Shown here in pieces: positions 24,491-36,700 of a stretch of DNA of 64,000 nt. The notes below the pieces were generated by a model that did not search any database, was not told where the DNA came from, and was given only the letters and a program-made list of their open reading frames with translations. Source of the DNA: Sminthopsis crassicaudata (lineage: Eukaryota); assembly GCF_048593235.1 (NCBI RefSeq), contig NC_133617.1:478930958-478994957 (forward strand), read 5' to 3'. A program made the translations under genes and the position numbers. Numbering within the stretch: the stretch's first letter is position 1; each line of letters starts with the position of its first letter.

Positions 24491-25819
24491 AAGAGTTAAT
24501 CTGCTTCCCTCTACTCATCTCCCTCTAGCTGATGGTTTGTGGATGAAGAAATGGGGTTGGGATAGATCATTTGAGCTGACTCATGCTGAAATTTTTCCAT
24601 ATTTCTGCTAAGACATAAGACACATTGGAGGTGGAATAACCCCGTGGAAACCTTCTAGTTTTCCATAAAAAGACTGGATTCAAACACTCCTTCCCTTTCA
24701 CCCCCATGATCTCATTTGATCCTCACAACAACCCTGTAAGGTCAGTGAAAAAGCATGTTTCTCCTGATCTTTATTGTTTGGTAGCTGATATTATTTCTCC
24801 TTTGATCCTTAAAATAAATGAAAATTTATTATTTACTATATATCAAGCACTATGTTAAGCATTGGGGAGATGGAGTCTTAAAGGAGTTTCCAATCTAATA
24901 GAAAAATAAGACAGAAGCATAGACAACTACAGTATGCAATATTTTTTAAGGGCATCAGGGAGGGACAAAATAAAAATTACAGTATGCCTATTGGTGGAAA
25001 AGTGCATTTGTTGTATAGAGTAATTAGACTTTGGAGGGTCTTGAATGCTGAACTAAAATTTGGGTTTGATGTGGTAGATAATAGATAGTCTTTGTGGATT
25101 CTTGATCACTCCAAGAAACAGAGAATAATCTATGGAGACAAGTAAGGTAGGTCCTTCTCTCCCCCTGGACCACCACCACCCACCATCACACATCCATATG
25201 GGACTGATGTAAAAAGAGTGATCAATTTGCTGAATTGGGGATGGAGGCTGGTGAAGATATAAGCAGGGGAGGATAAGACCTCTCTAGCTCAGATTGGCTG
25301 CTGGGCAGATGCTCGGGAAGCCACTAATTGGTGTTTCAGCCATCTGGCTTTGAGATTCTTGGCTCTTCCTCAAAAAAACAAATGGTACTTCTTACTGTAA
25401 AACTAAAACTAAGCTCTCAAGTTATTCCGGAATCTCCTTCCCTTCTTCTTTCCTCCCATCCCTTTGAATTACCAGAAGCCATAAGGTGAAGGACTGGGAA
25501 GAGAGAAAGAACATCTGGGCCTTTTCTCCCAGGATTTGGGAAATCAGGACAGCCTGGTTGCTACTGAATTCTAAGGGCCTGAACCCAAAAATTGTTGGAA
25601 GACACACAGAACACCACTTCCCACCTTATTTAGAATGAATCTAATTAATATATGTTCACTGAGAACTTTGCTTTATTATAGATGAAAAGCTAACATATCA
25701 TACCCCACCCCAACACTCCAGTCCTCCCACCAAGAACAGACAGACCATGGCTTATTCTAGCTGGTAAGGGGAGCATACACAGGAGTAACTGGTATAGTTC
25801 ACTACATACCAGCTATTTT

Positions 25820-26430
25820 AAATTGTCTTGTTTATATCCTTTGACCATTTATCAAATGGGGAATGATTTGGATTCTTATAAATTTGACACTATTCTTTAT
25901 ATATTTCCTTTATATATTTCAGAAATGAGATCTTTTTCAGAAACACTGGCTGTAAAGAATTTTTCCCAGATTTCTATGAGCCTTTTAATCTTGTTTCTGT
26001 TGGTTTTGTTTATGCAAATTTTTTTTATTTAATGTAATTAAAGTTATCCATTTTACCTTATTTTTGGTAGGAGGTTTGAGATACAGGTCTATGCTGAGTT
26101 TCTGACATATTTTTTCCAATTTTTGTCAAATAGTGAATTCTTATTCCAGAAAACGGAGTTTGGGAGTTTATCGAATACTAGATCACTATAGGTCTTGATT
26201 ATTGTGTCATGTGTATCTAATCTATTCCATTTATTCACCACTCTATTTCTTAGCCAGTAGCAAATGGTTTTGATGTCTGCTACTTTACAATATAGTTTTA
26301 AGTTTGATACTGCTTAGCCACCATCCTTTGTATTTTTTTCATTAATTCCCTTGATATTCTTGACCTTTTGTTCTTCCAGATGAATTTTGTTATTATTTTT
26401 TCTAGTTTTACAAAATAATTTTTGGCAGTT
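25820..26430 (-). mobile_element. L1 ORF2 fragment, antisense
   Basis: cctttgaccatttatcaaatgggga and ccagatgaattttgttattattttttctag are antisense to L1 ORF2 (compare 32640-33130). Confidence 0.8.
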
Positions 26431-27001
26431 TGGCACATTTAGAAAGAATAGCCTATATTCTTATCCTGTTGCTGACTAGCTATGAAACTCTGGGTAAATC
26501 ATTCAATTTCTCCATGTTTTGGCCAATTCATCTAAGACAACACCTTACTGAGGAGGCATAGGAGTGTCCTTAGCTGGCACTCCTTATACCACTAAAATCA
26601 CAGTTCTGAACCTCCCCTCGCCCCCACCAAGACAGATAGTCATTCTCATCCAATGCTTCTATTGTTGTTCAGTCACTTCAGTTGCATCCGACTCGTCACA
26701 GCCTGGTAACTAAAGGCCGGTCCTAGTTTTAGAAAACAGTAGCAAGTGCTACAGCAGAGAGAAGGCCAGTCCTGGAGTTAATAAGACCTGAGTTCAAATT
26801 TAACCTGTTACTAGTTGTGTGACTCTAGGCAAGTCACTTCACCCTGTTTGCTTCAGTTTCCTTAACTATAAAATGAGCTGGAGAAGAAAATAGCAACCAC
26901 TTTAATATTTTTGCCAAAAAAACCCCAAATGGGAACAGTCATAAAATCTGCAACGACTAACCAAAAACTCTTAGAAAATAGTGTAATTGTTTAAAAAGCT
27001 G

Positions 27002-27020
27002 TGACCCCCTCTAGTGGCCG
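27002..27020 (-). promoter_or_regulatory. Candidate CTCF motif
   Basis: The minus strand reads cggccactagagggggtca, close to the CTCF core CCASYAGRKGGC but with G in place of the final C. Confidence 0.3.
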
Positions 27021-27229
27021 TGGGTAGAAAGTATGGGTATGACCCCAGAAAGCAGCTAGATGCTGCTGCCAAACACACAAGGGCTGATCCCAGGCCCAGG
27101 AGAGGAAAGCTCCCAACAGTGATTTGGGCTGCCCCTACTAGCCTGCTATATGGTACCTATATTTCTACCATCAGAACCTTCTTTAGGGGCCATCTGCAGT
27201 CATATTAGCCAATGTGGTGCCGTAGAAAG

Positions 27230-28380
27230 AAGGGTATATGGGGATGTATAGGGAAGACTAGCCCTTTTCAGGGCTGCTCATCCATCTTCAGTGTCCAACC
27301 AGTCACCCAGCTCTCACCTGTGGCTCTATGAAGTTATAGCATGAGCCCTTTTTGTAGTGGCAAGGAACTGGAAACTGAGTGGCTGTCCATCAATTGGGGA
27401 ATGGCTGAATAAATTGTGGTATATGCATATTATGGAATATTATTGTTCTGTAAGAAATGACCAGCAGGATGATTTCAGAAAGGCCTGGAGAGATTTGCAT
27501 GAACTGATGCTGAGTGAAATGAGCAGAACCAGGAGATCATTATACACGGCAACAGCAAGACTGTGATAATCAACTGTTATGGGCTTGGCTCTTCTCAGCA
27601 GTGCAGTGATCCCCGGCACTTCTAATAGTTTTGGGATAGAAAATACCATCAGCGTTTAAAGAGAAAACTATGAAGACTGAATGTGGCTTAAAATATAATA
27701 TTTTCAGCTTTTTTTTGGTTGTGATTGTTTTTTGCTTTTTTTTTCTTTTTCACGGTTTTTCCCTTTTGATCTGATTTTTCTTTCACTATGACTAATGTGG
27801 AAATGTGCTTAGAAGAATTGCACATGTTTAATCTATGATGAATTGCTTTCTGTCTTGGAGGGGAATAGGAGGGAGAGAGGGAAATAAACTAGTGTGAGGC
27901 TTATCAGAACTAAAACAAAAGTTATAGCCTGAGTAGTAGCATATTCTGGTAAAAAACAAACAAACAAACAAACAAACAAACAAACAAACAAAAACCACCT
28001 CAGTAGGAAGGCAGAACCAGGTTGAGGGTAACTGGCAGCCCTCAAACCCATCAGTGGGTAGGGGGATGTCTACCTCAAGCATGTGAAGACTTCCCAGGTG
28101 GAATGAGTGAATGAGAACAATCTGTTCCAGCAGCCAAGAAGGGCTGATGCAGGCCCTGTGAATTGCTTAGACTTGGTCAGACATGGAAAATGCCAGGGCC
28201 ATCCACTGCATCGCAGGCTATCGCCAGTCATCCTGACTTTTGTCCTTCCGCTGAAGCTCAATGACTCTCATGGAGAGTGAGACTGATGACTTTGTGCAGT
28301 TCTGTGTCACTTACAACAATTAACACAGAAGACCTCACCTGTGATATCACTTTCTCTTTAGAAACAAAGGCCAGACAACA
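27230..28380 (+). mobile_element. RTE-derived marsupial SINE (WALLSI-like), split by an L1 3' fragment at about 27345-27850 and a (CAAA)n tract
   Basis: cttttcagggctgctcatcc...gaagttatagcatg resumes after the L1 at ccaggttgagggtaac...gatgactttgtgcag; the inserted piece translates as [21 protein letters not shown] (L1 ORF2). Confidence 0.7.
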
Positions 28381-29579
28381 AGGGTGGAAAGAATTCCAGA
28401 CTAACGATAATGATTAATAAAATTTTACATAGAGCTTTAAAGTTTGCAAATATCTCATTTTACCTTCACAACAATCCTGAGAGGGAGAGGTGCCCTTTTT
28501 ACATATAAAGAAACTGAGGCAGAGAGTGGTTAAATGATTTGCCCAGAGTCACAGCTAAGCATCTCAAGTCTCCTTGGCTCCAAACCCAACACTCACTCCA
28601 TTATGCCATCCTGACTGGCTCTAATTAGTCCAGATTAGGAGTTAAATACCTGGCTTCCATTCCTGGCTCATTACTATGACCTTGGATGAGCTTCTTCCTC
28701 TCTGTGGAACTCTAGCTATTCATCTATAAAATGGAATGGTAGTGAAGGGAAAGTTAAGAAGGGTTTGGCTAAAAGATTTTCCTTTCTTGCTCTAATTTCC
28801 TGAGACTCTGTACACATTTACATAATGCTTTTAAAATCATTTCCCATCCATTATGCTATGTTACCTTCATACTGGCCTTGTGAGGAATCCAGGAAGAGAT
28901 TATTAGCCCCATTTGACAGATAGGGAAAGGAAAGGTAGAAAAGTATACTTGAGGTCACATCCCGAAGGGAGAAGTCAGGAGGATTCAGTCCTTACTATGT
29001 CTAAATTCAAAGCTCTTCTTTTCTCACTATGATACTTGTCTTTCTAAATCTTTCTGGAGAGAGGAACCAATGTGTCTTTAAGCAAATTCACTTTCTGGGG
29101 CCTTGGAAAGATGGAAGGGGAGAGAATATTTCAGAGGGGTGGAGCCTTGAAGGGCAATAATTTTATATCATGTGGGCATCCCATCTATACATAGGACCAG
29201 TACTGTTTATAATGCTAACTCTTGAAGAGCATGATGGAAAGAGGGGAATGATGAGGGACCAGAAGCAGATCCAGGAACACGAAGGCCAGAAGGAAAGATG
29301 TCTCTTTAGTACTTCTAAAATGAAGAGGAGATACAAAAACACAAAGAAAGATGAAGGCCCTTTACATCTGGGGCCATCTCCAGTCATCCTGATCTCTATC
29401 TGGCCACTGGACCCAGAAGGCTCTGGAGGGGAAAGAGAGGCAGGTGCCCTTGCACAGCCCTCACTCATTGAAATCCAATTCACTTACCTTTCATGGAATC
29501 CCCTCCTCATGTCATGATCCTCTTTGAGAAGGAGAGACAAACAACAACCTCCAGGAAGGAATACTTCAAATCTAGTCCA

Positions 29580-30030
29580 TGGTGTTTTTCTTTCTCCTCC
29601 ATTCTAATTCTTTGTTCCTAATTCTTTCTCTCATTTTCTCTTTTCCTGGCTTCATTTTCTCCCTCTATTTTCTTTTCCCTTTCTTTTTTTACCTTATCTA
29701 TATATCTCCTTTCTCTCCTCATTCTCCATCTAATTTTATTCTTTTTATTCTTACCTCTCCTATATTTTTTCTTCCTTTCATTACTTTTTCTCAATTTATC
29801 TTATTTCTTATTTTTTTCCTTTTTCCTTTCCCTCTTATTTTCCCTCCCTCTCTCCCTTTCATCTCATTCTCTCCTTTATTCTTTCTCTCCTTTCTTTTCC
29901 CTCTCCCTCTCCCATTTTCTTTCTCTCTCCTACATTTCCTCTCACTCTTTCCTCCTCTTTCAGCCATTAATTCTCTCTTTTTCCACTACTTTTTACACCA
30001 CTTCAACATATATCCCCACTCTTCCTTCCC
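29580..30030. repeat. Polypyrimidine low-complexity tract; source of the spurious 186-aa F/L/S-rich ORF
   Basis: Composition read directly. Confidence 0.9.
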
Positions 30031-30401
30031 TGAAAACAGATTCTCTTTAATTAGAAAAGCTCAGGCCTGGGGTGAATGGTTCACTGGGGAAGTTCCTCAT
30101 GTGGGTCACTCACCCAAGCAGAGAATATTAGGAGCTTAAAGGCAGGAGGAAGCTAACTACTCCTCCACCCCCAACTCCATCTCAACTCTTCCCCTTTGGC
30201 ATCTGATCTTTTCTGGGAGCCCTGTTCCGCCTTTGCTGAATCTTCAAAGTCTTAAAAAAAACTTAACACATTCTTTTAGAGTCATAGTTCTCTCTGGGCA
30301 CTGAGATAAAATGTCTCTCTTGGGTTAAGTAGTGGGGCAGTGGAAAGAGTACCAGGCTTAAAGTCAGGAAAACGCATTTTTCTAAGTTCAAATCTGCCTT
30401 T

Positions 30402-30541
30402 TTTTTTTTTAAAGGCTGGGGTTAAGTGACTTGCCCAGGGTCACACAGCTAGGAAGTGTTAAGTGTCTGAGACCAGATTTGAACTCGGGTCCTCCTGAAT
30501 TCAAGGCTGGTGCTCTATCCACTGCGCCACCTAGCTGCCCC
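30402..30541 (-). mobile_element. WSINE1-like SINE inserted into an older SINE, with 12-bp TSD
   Basis: TSD aaatctgccttt at 30390-30401 and 30543-30554; T tail on +. Confidence 0.9.
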
Positions 30542-30575
30542 TAAATCTGCCTTTAAATAAGTCACTTAACCCTGT

Positions 30576-30739
30576 NNNNNNNNNNNNNNNNNNNNNNNNN
30601 NNNNNNNNNNNNNNNNNNNNNNNNNNNNNNNNNNNNNNNNNNNNNNNNNNNNNNNNNNNNNNNNNNNNNNNNNNNNNNNNNNNNNNNNNNNNNNNNNNNN
30701 NNNNNNNNNNNNNNNNNNNNNNNNNNNNNNNNNNNNNNN
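30576..30739. other. Assembly gap (164 N)
   Basis: N run. Confidence 1.
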
Positions 30740-31114
30740 GCCAAGAAAACCCCTAAGTGGGATCATGAAGAATAAGAGAACTGGAAATCCAGAAAAACAA
30801 CAGTTTGAGCTAAGCTCTGGAAAAGTCATTTGCCCTATGCTTTTCTTATGTGTCAGAGGCTCTGACTAGCTCTGACTTTCATTTCACTGAATTGTCACTT
30901 TGGGTTGCTGGTATGAGACAGTGCTCCCCTCACACACACCTCCATTCCCACAATGAGTCTTCTCCTCTTCCTTATTCTGGGACTTATTCCTTCTGGGGGG
31001 AAAAAGCTCAGCTTAAAGCTGGGAGAGAGCTCCTTTAGAATTGTTTGATAAGCATCCCATATCTAGTGATCTTTGATTTCTAAAGAATCAGGGCCCTGGG
31101 TAATGGTATTATTT

Positions 31115-31550
31115 ATTTAAAATATTCTTTTTTTAAAATTTGAGTTCCAAATTCTCTTCTCCAGACCCTCCCTCTCCCATTACAGCAAGTAATCTGTCCG
31201 TTTTACATGTGGAACCATGAAAAAAATATATTTCCATATTATCCATGTTGCAAAAAAAGCAAGAAAAATAAAGAAAATAAAAAGATTATACTTCAATTTG
31301 CATTAGTGCTCCTCATTTCTCTCTGGACATGGATAGTATTTTTCATCATGTTTCCTTTGGACAGTTTTGATTTCTTGTACCGATGATAGTAGCTAAATCT
31401 TTCACAGTTGATCATCATTACAATCCTGGTGTTATGGTATACAATGTTCTCCTGGTTCTGCCCACTTCGCTCTGCATCAGTTCATATAGGTCTTCACGGT
31501 TCTTTCTGAAACCATCTCCCTTGTCATTTCTTATAGCAGAATAGTATTAG
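31115..31550 (-). mobile_element. Old L1 3' end, antisense
   Basis: Same motif series as 11330-11810 (ttgagttccaaattctc, acaatgttctcctggttctg). Confidence 0.7.
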
Positions 31551-32069
31551 TAATGGCTCATGTTAAGGGGTAATGGGTCATGTTAAGGGGTGCCCACACA
31601 CCTTGAGTAGCTGCCTCATCTTGGCACGGCAATTCTGGAACCACATCTAAAAAAAGTCTAATACATAAACATATACATTCATGTATGTATGTATAAGTAT
31701 GTGTGTGTTATGTGTGTATTTTTCTTGGGCTCCCTGTAGGTGCAGTCCCAGTGTGCTATGCTAAGATATGAGAGCAGCTCAAGGTGTCCTTCCTTAACAT
31801 AAATAAGATTCTCTGACTCCAACACCACCATACCTGTACATATGCATATATATGCATGCGTGCATATAGATACATACAGATGTGTGTGTACCATATTCCT
31901 TTGATGATCTCTTCTAGTGTCTCTGGTTCTTTTTTTTTTTTTTTTCAGGTTGGCCCCATCTGATTCTCCTTTAACTAACTCCTAATCTGATTTGAGATGA
32001 AGAGCCCAAGCATATAAATATGTATACATATACCTAGATACATATATACACACATAGAAATACAGAAAG

Positions 32070-32340
32070 NNNNNNNNNNNNNNNNNNNNNNNNNNNNNNN
32101 NNNNNNNNNNNNNNNNNNNNNNNNNNNNNNNNNNNNNNNNNNNNNNNNNNNNNNNNNNNNNNNNNNNNNNNNNNNNNNNNNNNNNNNNNNNNNNNNNNNN
32201 NNNNNNNNNNNNNNNNNNNNNNNNNNNNNNNNNNNNNNNNNNNNNNNNNNNNNNNNNNNNNNNNNNNNNNNNNNNNNNNNNNNNNNNNNNNNNNNNNNNN
32301 NNNNNNNNNNNNNNNNNNNNNNNNNNNNNNNNNNNNNNNN
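32070..32340. other. Assembly gap (271 N)
   Basis: N run. Confidence 1.
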
Positions 32341-32631
32341 AGACATATATTAAGAAATGAAAGTGATAAAATAAGAAAAAAAGAAAGACTGAGTATCAGA
32401 CTTAGAGTCAGGAGACATGAGTTTGAGTAAAGTAAGGGCTGAACGTTTAAAAGTCATGAGAGCTTATTTGTAATATGATCACAATCATATTTACAGAATT
32501 GTTGCTTCTTATAAACCTTAAAGCCTCTAGAAATGTGAGTTTCTACATATAGACCATGAATCCAGGGCCTGAGTGGTATCTAACTTTTGCCTCTCTCGGA
32601 GGTCTGCAGAGGATAGTTGCTTAAAGTCTTG

Positions 32632-34118
32632 CAAAATAGTAAATAACTATATCAATCTAGTGTTTGACAAATCCAAAAATCCCAATTTTTAGGATGAGAA
32701 TTCATTATTTGACAAAAACTGCTGGGAAAACTGGAAATTAGTATGGCAGAAACTAGGCATGGATCTACAGTTAACACCATATACCAAGATAAGATCAAAA
32801 TGGGTCCATGATTTAGGCATAAAGAACGAGATCATAAATAAATTAGAAGAACCTAGGATAGTTTACCTCTCAGACTTGTGGAGGAGGAAGGAATTTGTGA
32901 CTAAAGGAGAACTAGAGATCATTATTGATCACAAAATAGAAAATTTTGATTACATCAAATTAAAAAGCTTTTGTACAAACAAAACTAATGCAAACAAGAT
33001 TAGAAGGGAAGTAACAAATTGGGAAAACATTTTTACAGTTAAAGGTTCTGATAAAGGTCTCATTTCCAAAATATACAGAGAACTGACTCTAATTTATAAG
33101 AAATCAAGCCATTCTCCAATTGACAAATGGTCAAAAGATATGAACAGACAATTTTCAGATGAACAATTGAAACTATTTCCATTCATATGAAAGAGTGTTC
33201 CAAATCCCTATTGATCAGAGAAATGCAAATTAAGACAACTCTGAGATACCATTACACACCTGTCAGATTGGCTAAGATGACAGGAACAAATAATGATGAA
33301 TGTTGGAGGGGACGTGGGAAAACTGGGACACTGATACATTGTTGGTGGAGTTGTGAAAGAATCCAGCCATTCTGGAGAGCAATCTGTAATTATGCCCAAA
33401 AAGTTATCAAACTGTGCATACCCTTTGATCCAGCAATGCTGCTATTGGGCTTATATCCCAAAGAAATACTAAAGAAGGGAAAGGGACCTGTATGTGCCAA
33501 AATGTTTGTGGCAGCTCTTTTTGTAGTGGCTAGAAACTGGAAGATGAACGGATGCCCATCAATCGGAGAATGGTTGGGTAAATTATGGTATATGAATGTT
33601 ATGGAATATTATTGTTCTGTAAGAAATGACCAGCAGGATGAATTCAGAGAGGCTTGGAGAGACTTACATCAACTGATGCTGAGTGAAATGAGCAAAACCA
33701 GAAGATCACTATACACTTCAACAACAATATGTATGAGGATGTATTCTGATGGAAGTGGATATCTTCAACAAAGAGAAGATCTAACTCAGATCCAATTGAT
33801 CAATGATGGACAGAATCAGCTACACGCAGAGAAGGAACACTGGGAAATGAGTGTAAACTGTATTTTTTTTACTTTCTTCCCATTTTTTTTACCTTTTTTT
33901 TTTTTTTTTTAACCTTCTGAATCCAATTCTTCCTGTGCAACAAGAAATTCGGTTCTGCACACATGTATTGTATCTAGGATATGCTATAACATATTTAACA
34001 TGTATAAAACTAACTGCCATCTATGGGACGGGGTAGAGGGAAGGAAGGGAAAAATCGGAACATAAGTGAATGCAAGGGATAATGTTGTAAAAAATTACCC
34101 TAAAAAAAAAAAAAAAAA
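32632..34118 (+). mobile_element. 5'-truncated L1 (ORF2 C-terminal part frameshifted near 33170, 3' UTR, A tail)
   Basis: ORFs 32759-33190 and 33187-33912 are consecutive ORF2 segments (LTPYTKIRSKWVHDL...; [21 protein letters not shown]...); A tail at 34102-34118. Confidence 0.93.
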
Positions 34119-35419
34119 GAATTGTGTCTTGAATTGAGCATAATTCCAACTTTCCAGAGTAGTCCCTCCACCCAAGACCAAGATTTCCCACTATTCTCCT
34201 TAGAAAGAGAAGGTTGGAAAATCCATTTATCTAAGAAAGTCTCATGAATTTGCATACCTGACATGGAGCTAGCCCATATCAGTACTTGTTTGTAGGGTTC
34301 CCCCATGGAATAATTGGTAGCCAAAGAAAAGTTAGGAGGAATAGCCTGGGGTTAGAGTGAGAGAGGATTGATTGGAGCTAGGTGGAGAACAAGGATCTGT
34401 GCTATAGCACATCCTTTGGACTTCTTAGATCAGGAGTTAGTTGAAGAAGAATCAGATTGGATCAAGGTGAAAATAAGAACCAGAGAGACTAGAAAAGGTG
34501 ATCAGGGGGATAGAGCAGACTCAGCTCAGGAAAAAAGAAAAAAACAAAAAAACAAAACTCTAACCCCAAGACAGAATGAGTGAAAATTCTGAAGGGAAGG
34601 GCAAGATTTCTCCCCAAGAGGGATTTTCTTTCACCTCACCAGGCCTGACCTTCCATCCAGGTCCTCTTACCTATGCTCAAGCAAGGAGTGAAAGCCAGGC
34701 TGGGCCCGGCTGGAATAAGCTGGGGATGAAGGGGGCCCTCATGGGTGTAGGTGTGCCCAGAGTAGCCTACACAAGGCAAAAAGAACAAGGGGGGATCTTT
34801 CCCCCCAGGCAGGTATGAGATGCAAACCCCCCTTACCTCCCTCACAACCCCTTTTTCTTCTGAATCAGATCACTAGTTCTCCCCCCACCTTTCTATATTC
34901 CTCCCAATTCCCTTCCCAGCCAAGCAATTTCTTCATTTCAAAGAAATTCTTCCAGTAATTAGCAAAGAATGATCCCCATACAGATTGAATTTCTTAGTAA
35001 ATATTTCTGCTAATGCATTCTTAGACCTGACCTGTCAACTCTCTTCTCTCTCCAGCCATCTCCTTTCCACAGGGCAGGGTTGTTTGGTTATCCCTATTGA
35101 ATCTGAGGGTCTCAGTACCTTGGACGTCTTTGAAAAAAAGACCCAAAGGACTACAAGGTGGAAGGAGCTGAAGGAGAGGCAAAGGATAATATTCCCTCCA
35201 GTGGGTGGGGAAGGAGGTGAGGAAAGGGCAGCATGGGAGGTTAAGGACAATCTCCCCAATCCTTAATTCTTCAGCTGGGAATTAAAAAACTAGGTTCCTA
35301 GTCTGAGTTTGGCCCCTGAGTTGCTATGTGAGTGGGCAGATCTCCTAACTTTTTCTGAATCTGGGTTTCATCCTCTGAATTCTTTCTCTGCATTGAAGGG
35401 CATAACTCCCACAGTAAAC

Positions 35420-35900
35420 ATAGTATTCTGCCACCCTCAGACCTCTTGGAATGACTGTTCAGTTCTGGGCCCCGCAATTTAAAAAGGACATTGATAAGCT
35501 GGAAGGTGTCCATAGGAAAGTAACCATAATAGGAGAGTCTCAAGTCCATGTTACAGGGGGATCAGTTAAAGGAAATGAGGATTTTGAATTTAGGTAAGTC
35601 TGAGGGTAGATGTGATAACTACCTTCAATTCTGGAATAGTTGTCTTGGGAAGCTTTCAAATTTCTCTGATTTTAAGGGGTATAACGAGGAGAAATGGATT
35701 GAACATTGCCAAGAGAGAAATTTAAACTAGCTCTCAGGAAACATTTTCTATCAATTAGGACTGTCCATGGATTAGACAGGCTGCCTAAAGGGATGGTGGC
35801 CTCCCTCTTCCTTAGAGGTCTTCAAGCAGGAGCTTTAAGACTGTTAGTTGTAGTGGGGATTCTTTTCATTTATGGTTTGGATTCTCTTTCACCCTAACCT
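35420..35900 (+). mobile_element. CR1/L3 LINE 3' fragment
   Basis: cagttctgggcccc...aaggacattgataagctggaa and ggaaacattttctatcaattaggactgt...gaggtcttcaagcag match the CR1 3' end. Confidence 0.8.
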
Positions 35901-36074
35901 CAGTCCTTATCAGCAAGGAATTCTTGTTATAGCTCATATCCCCTAACTCTTGTCATTCTTTTGAAAATAATAGAAGTAATACTAGATTTTATGTCACAAG
36001 GTCTAAATTTTAATTTTAACACTGCAACTTTTACCTAGTCACTTTTCTTTCACAATGTGGACCATGTGATCTTT

Positions 36075-36700
36075 TTTTTTAACTGAAGCTTTCTTTTTAT
36101 TTTCAAAACATGTGCAAGAATGATTTTTCAACATTGACTCTTGCAACATCTTGTGTTCCAATTTCCTCCCTTTCCCCCATCCTCTCCCCTAGATAGCAAG
36201 TAATTCCATATATGTTAAACATGGTAAAAATATATGTAAATTGAATATAGTCATACATATTTATACAATTATCTTGCTGCACAAGAAAAATCTGATCAAA
36301 AAGAAAGAAAAATAAGAAAACAAAGCAATCAACAACAAAAGAGTGAAAATGCTATGTTGTGATCCATACTCAGTTCCCACAGTGCATTTTCATCACAAGA
36401 TCATTGGAATTGGTCTGAATCATCTCACTGCTGGAAAGAGCCACATCTATCAGAATTGATCATTGTATAATCTTGCTATTGCCATGTTATAATGATTTGG
36501 TCCTCATTTCACTCAGCATCAGTTCATTTAAATCTTTCCAATCTCTCTGAAATCATCCTGCTGGTTGTTTCTTGCAGAACAATCATATTTCATTAATTCA
36601 TATATCATAACTTATTCAGCCATTCTCTAGCTGATGGGCATCCACTCAATTTCCAGTGTCTTACCACTACAAAAAAGGATGCCACAAACATTTTTTGCAC
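36075..36700 (-). mobile_element. L1 3' end, antisense
   Basis: The minus-strand translation KMFVASFFVVVRHWKLSGCPSAREWLNKL is the L1 ORF2 end. Confidence 0.85.

Noticed and set aside
29579-30139. 186-aa hydrophobic ORF as a membrane protein
   Set aside because: It is the translation of a polypyrimidine tract.
31551-31590. 20-bp tandem duplication (similar short ones near 41206 and 53266)
   Set aside because: These are ordinary slippage duplications.
32759-33912. 143-aa and 241-aa ORFs as host genes
   Set aside because: They are frameshifted pieces of L1 ORF2 in a truncated element.
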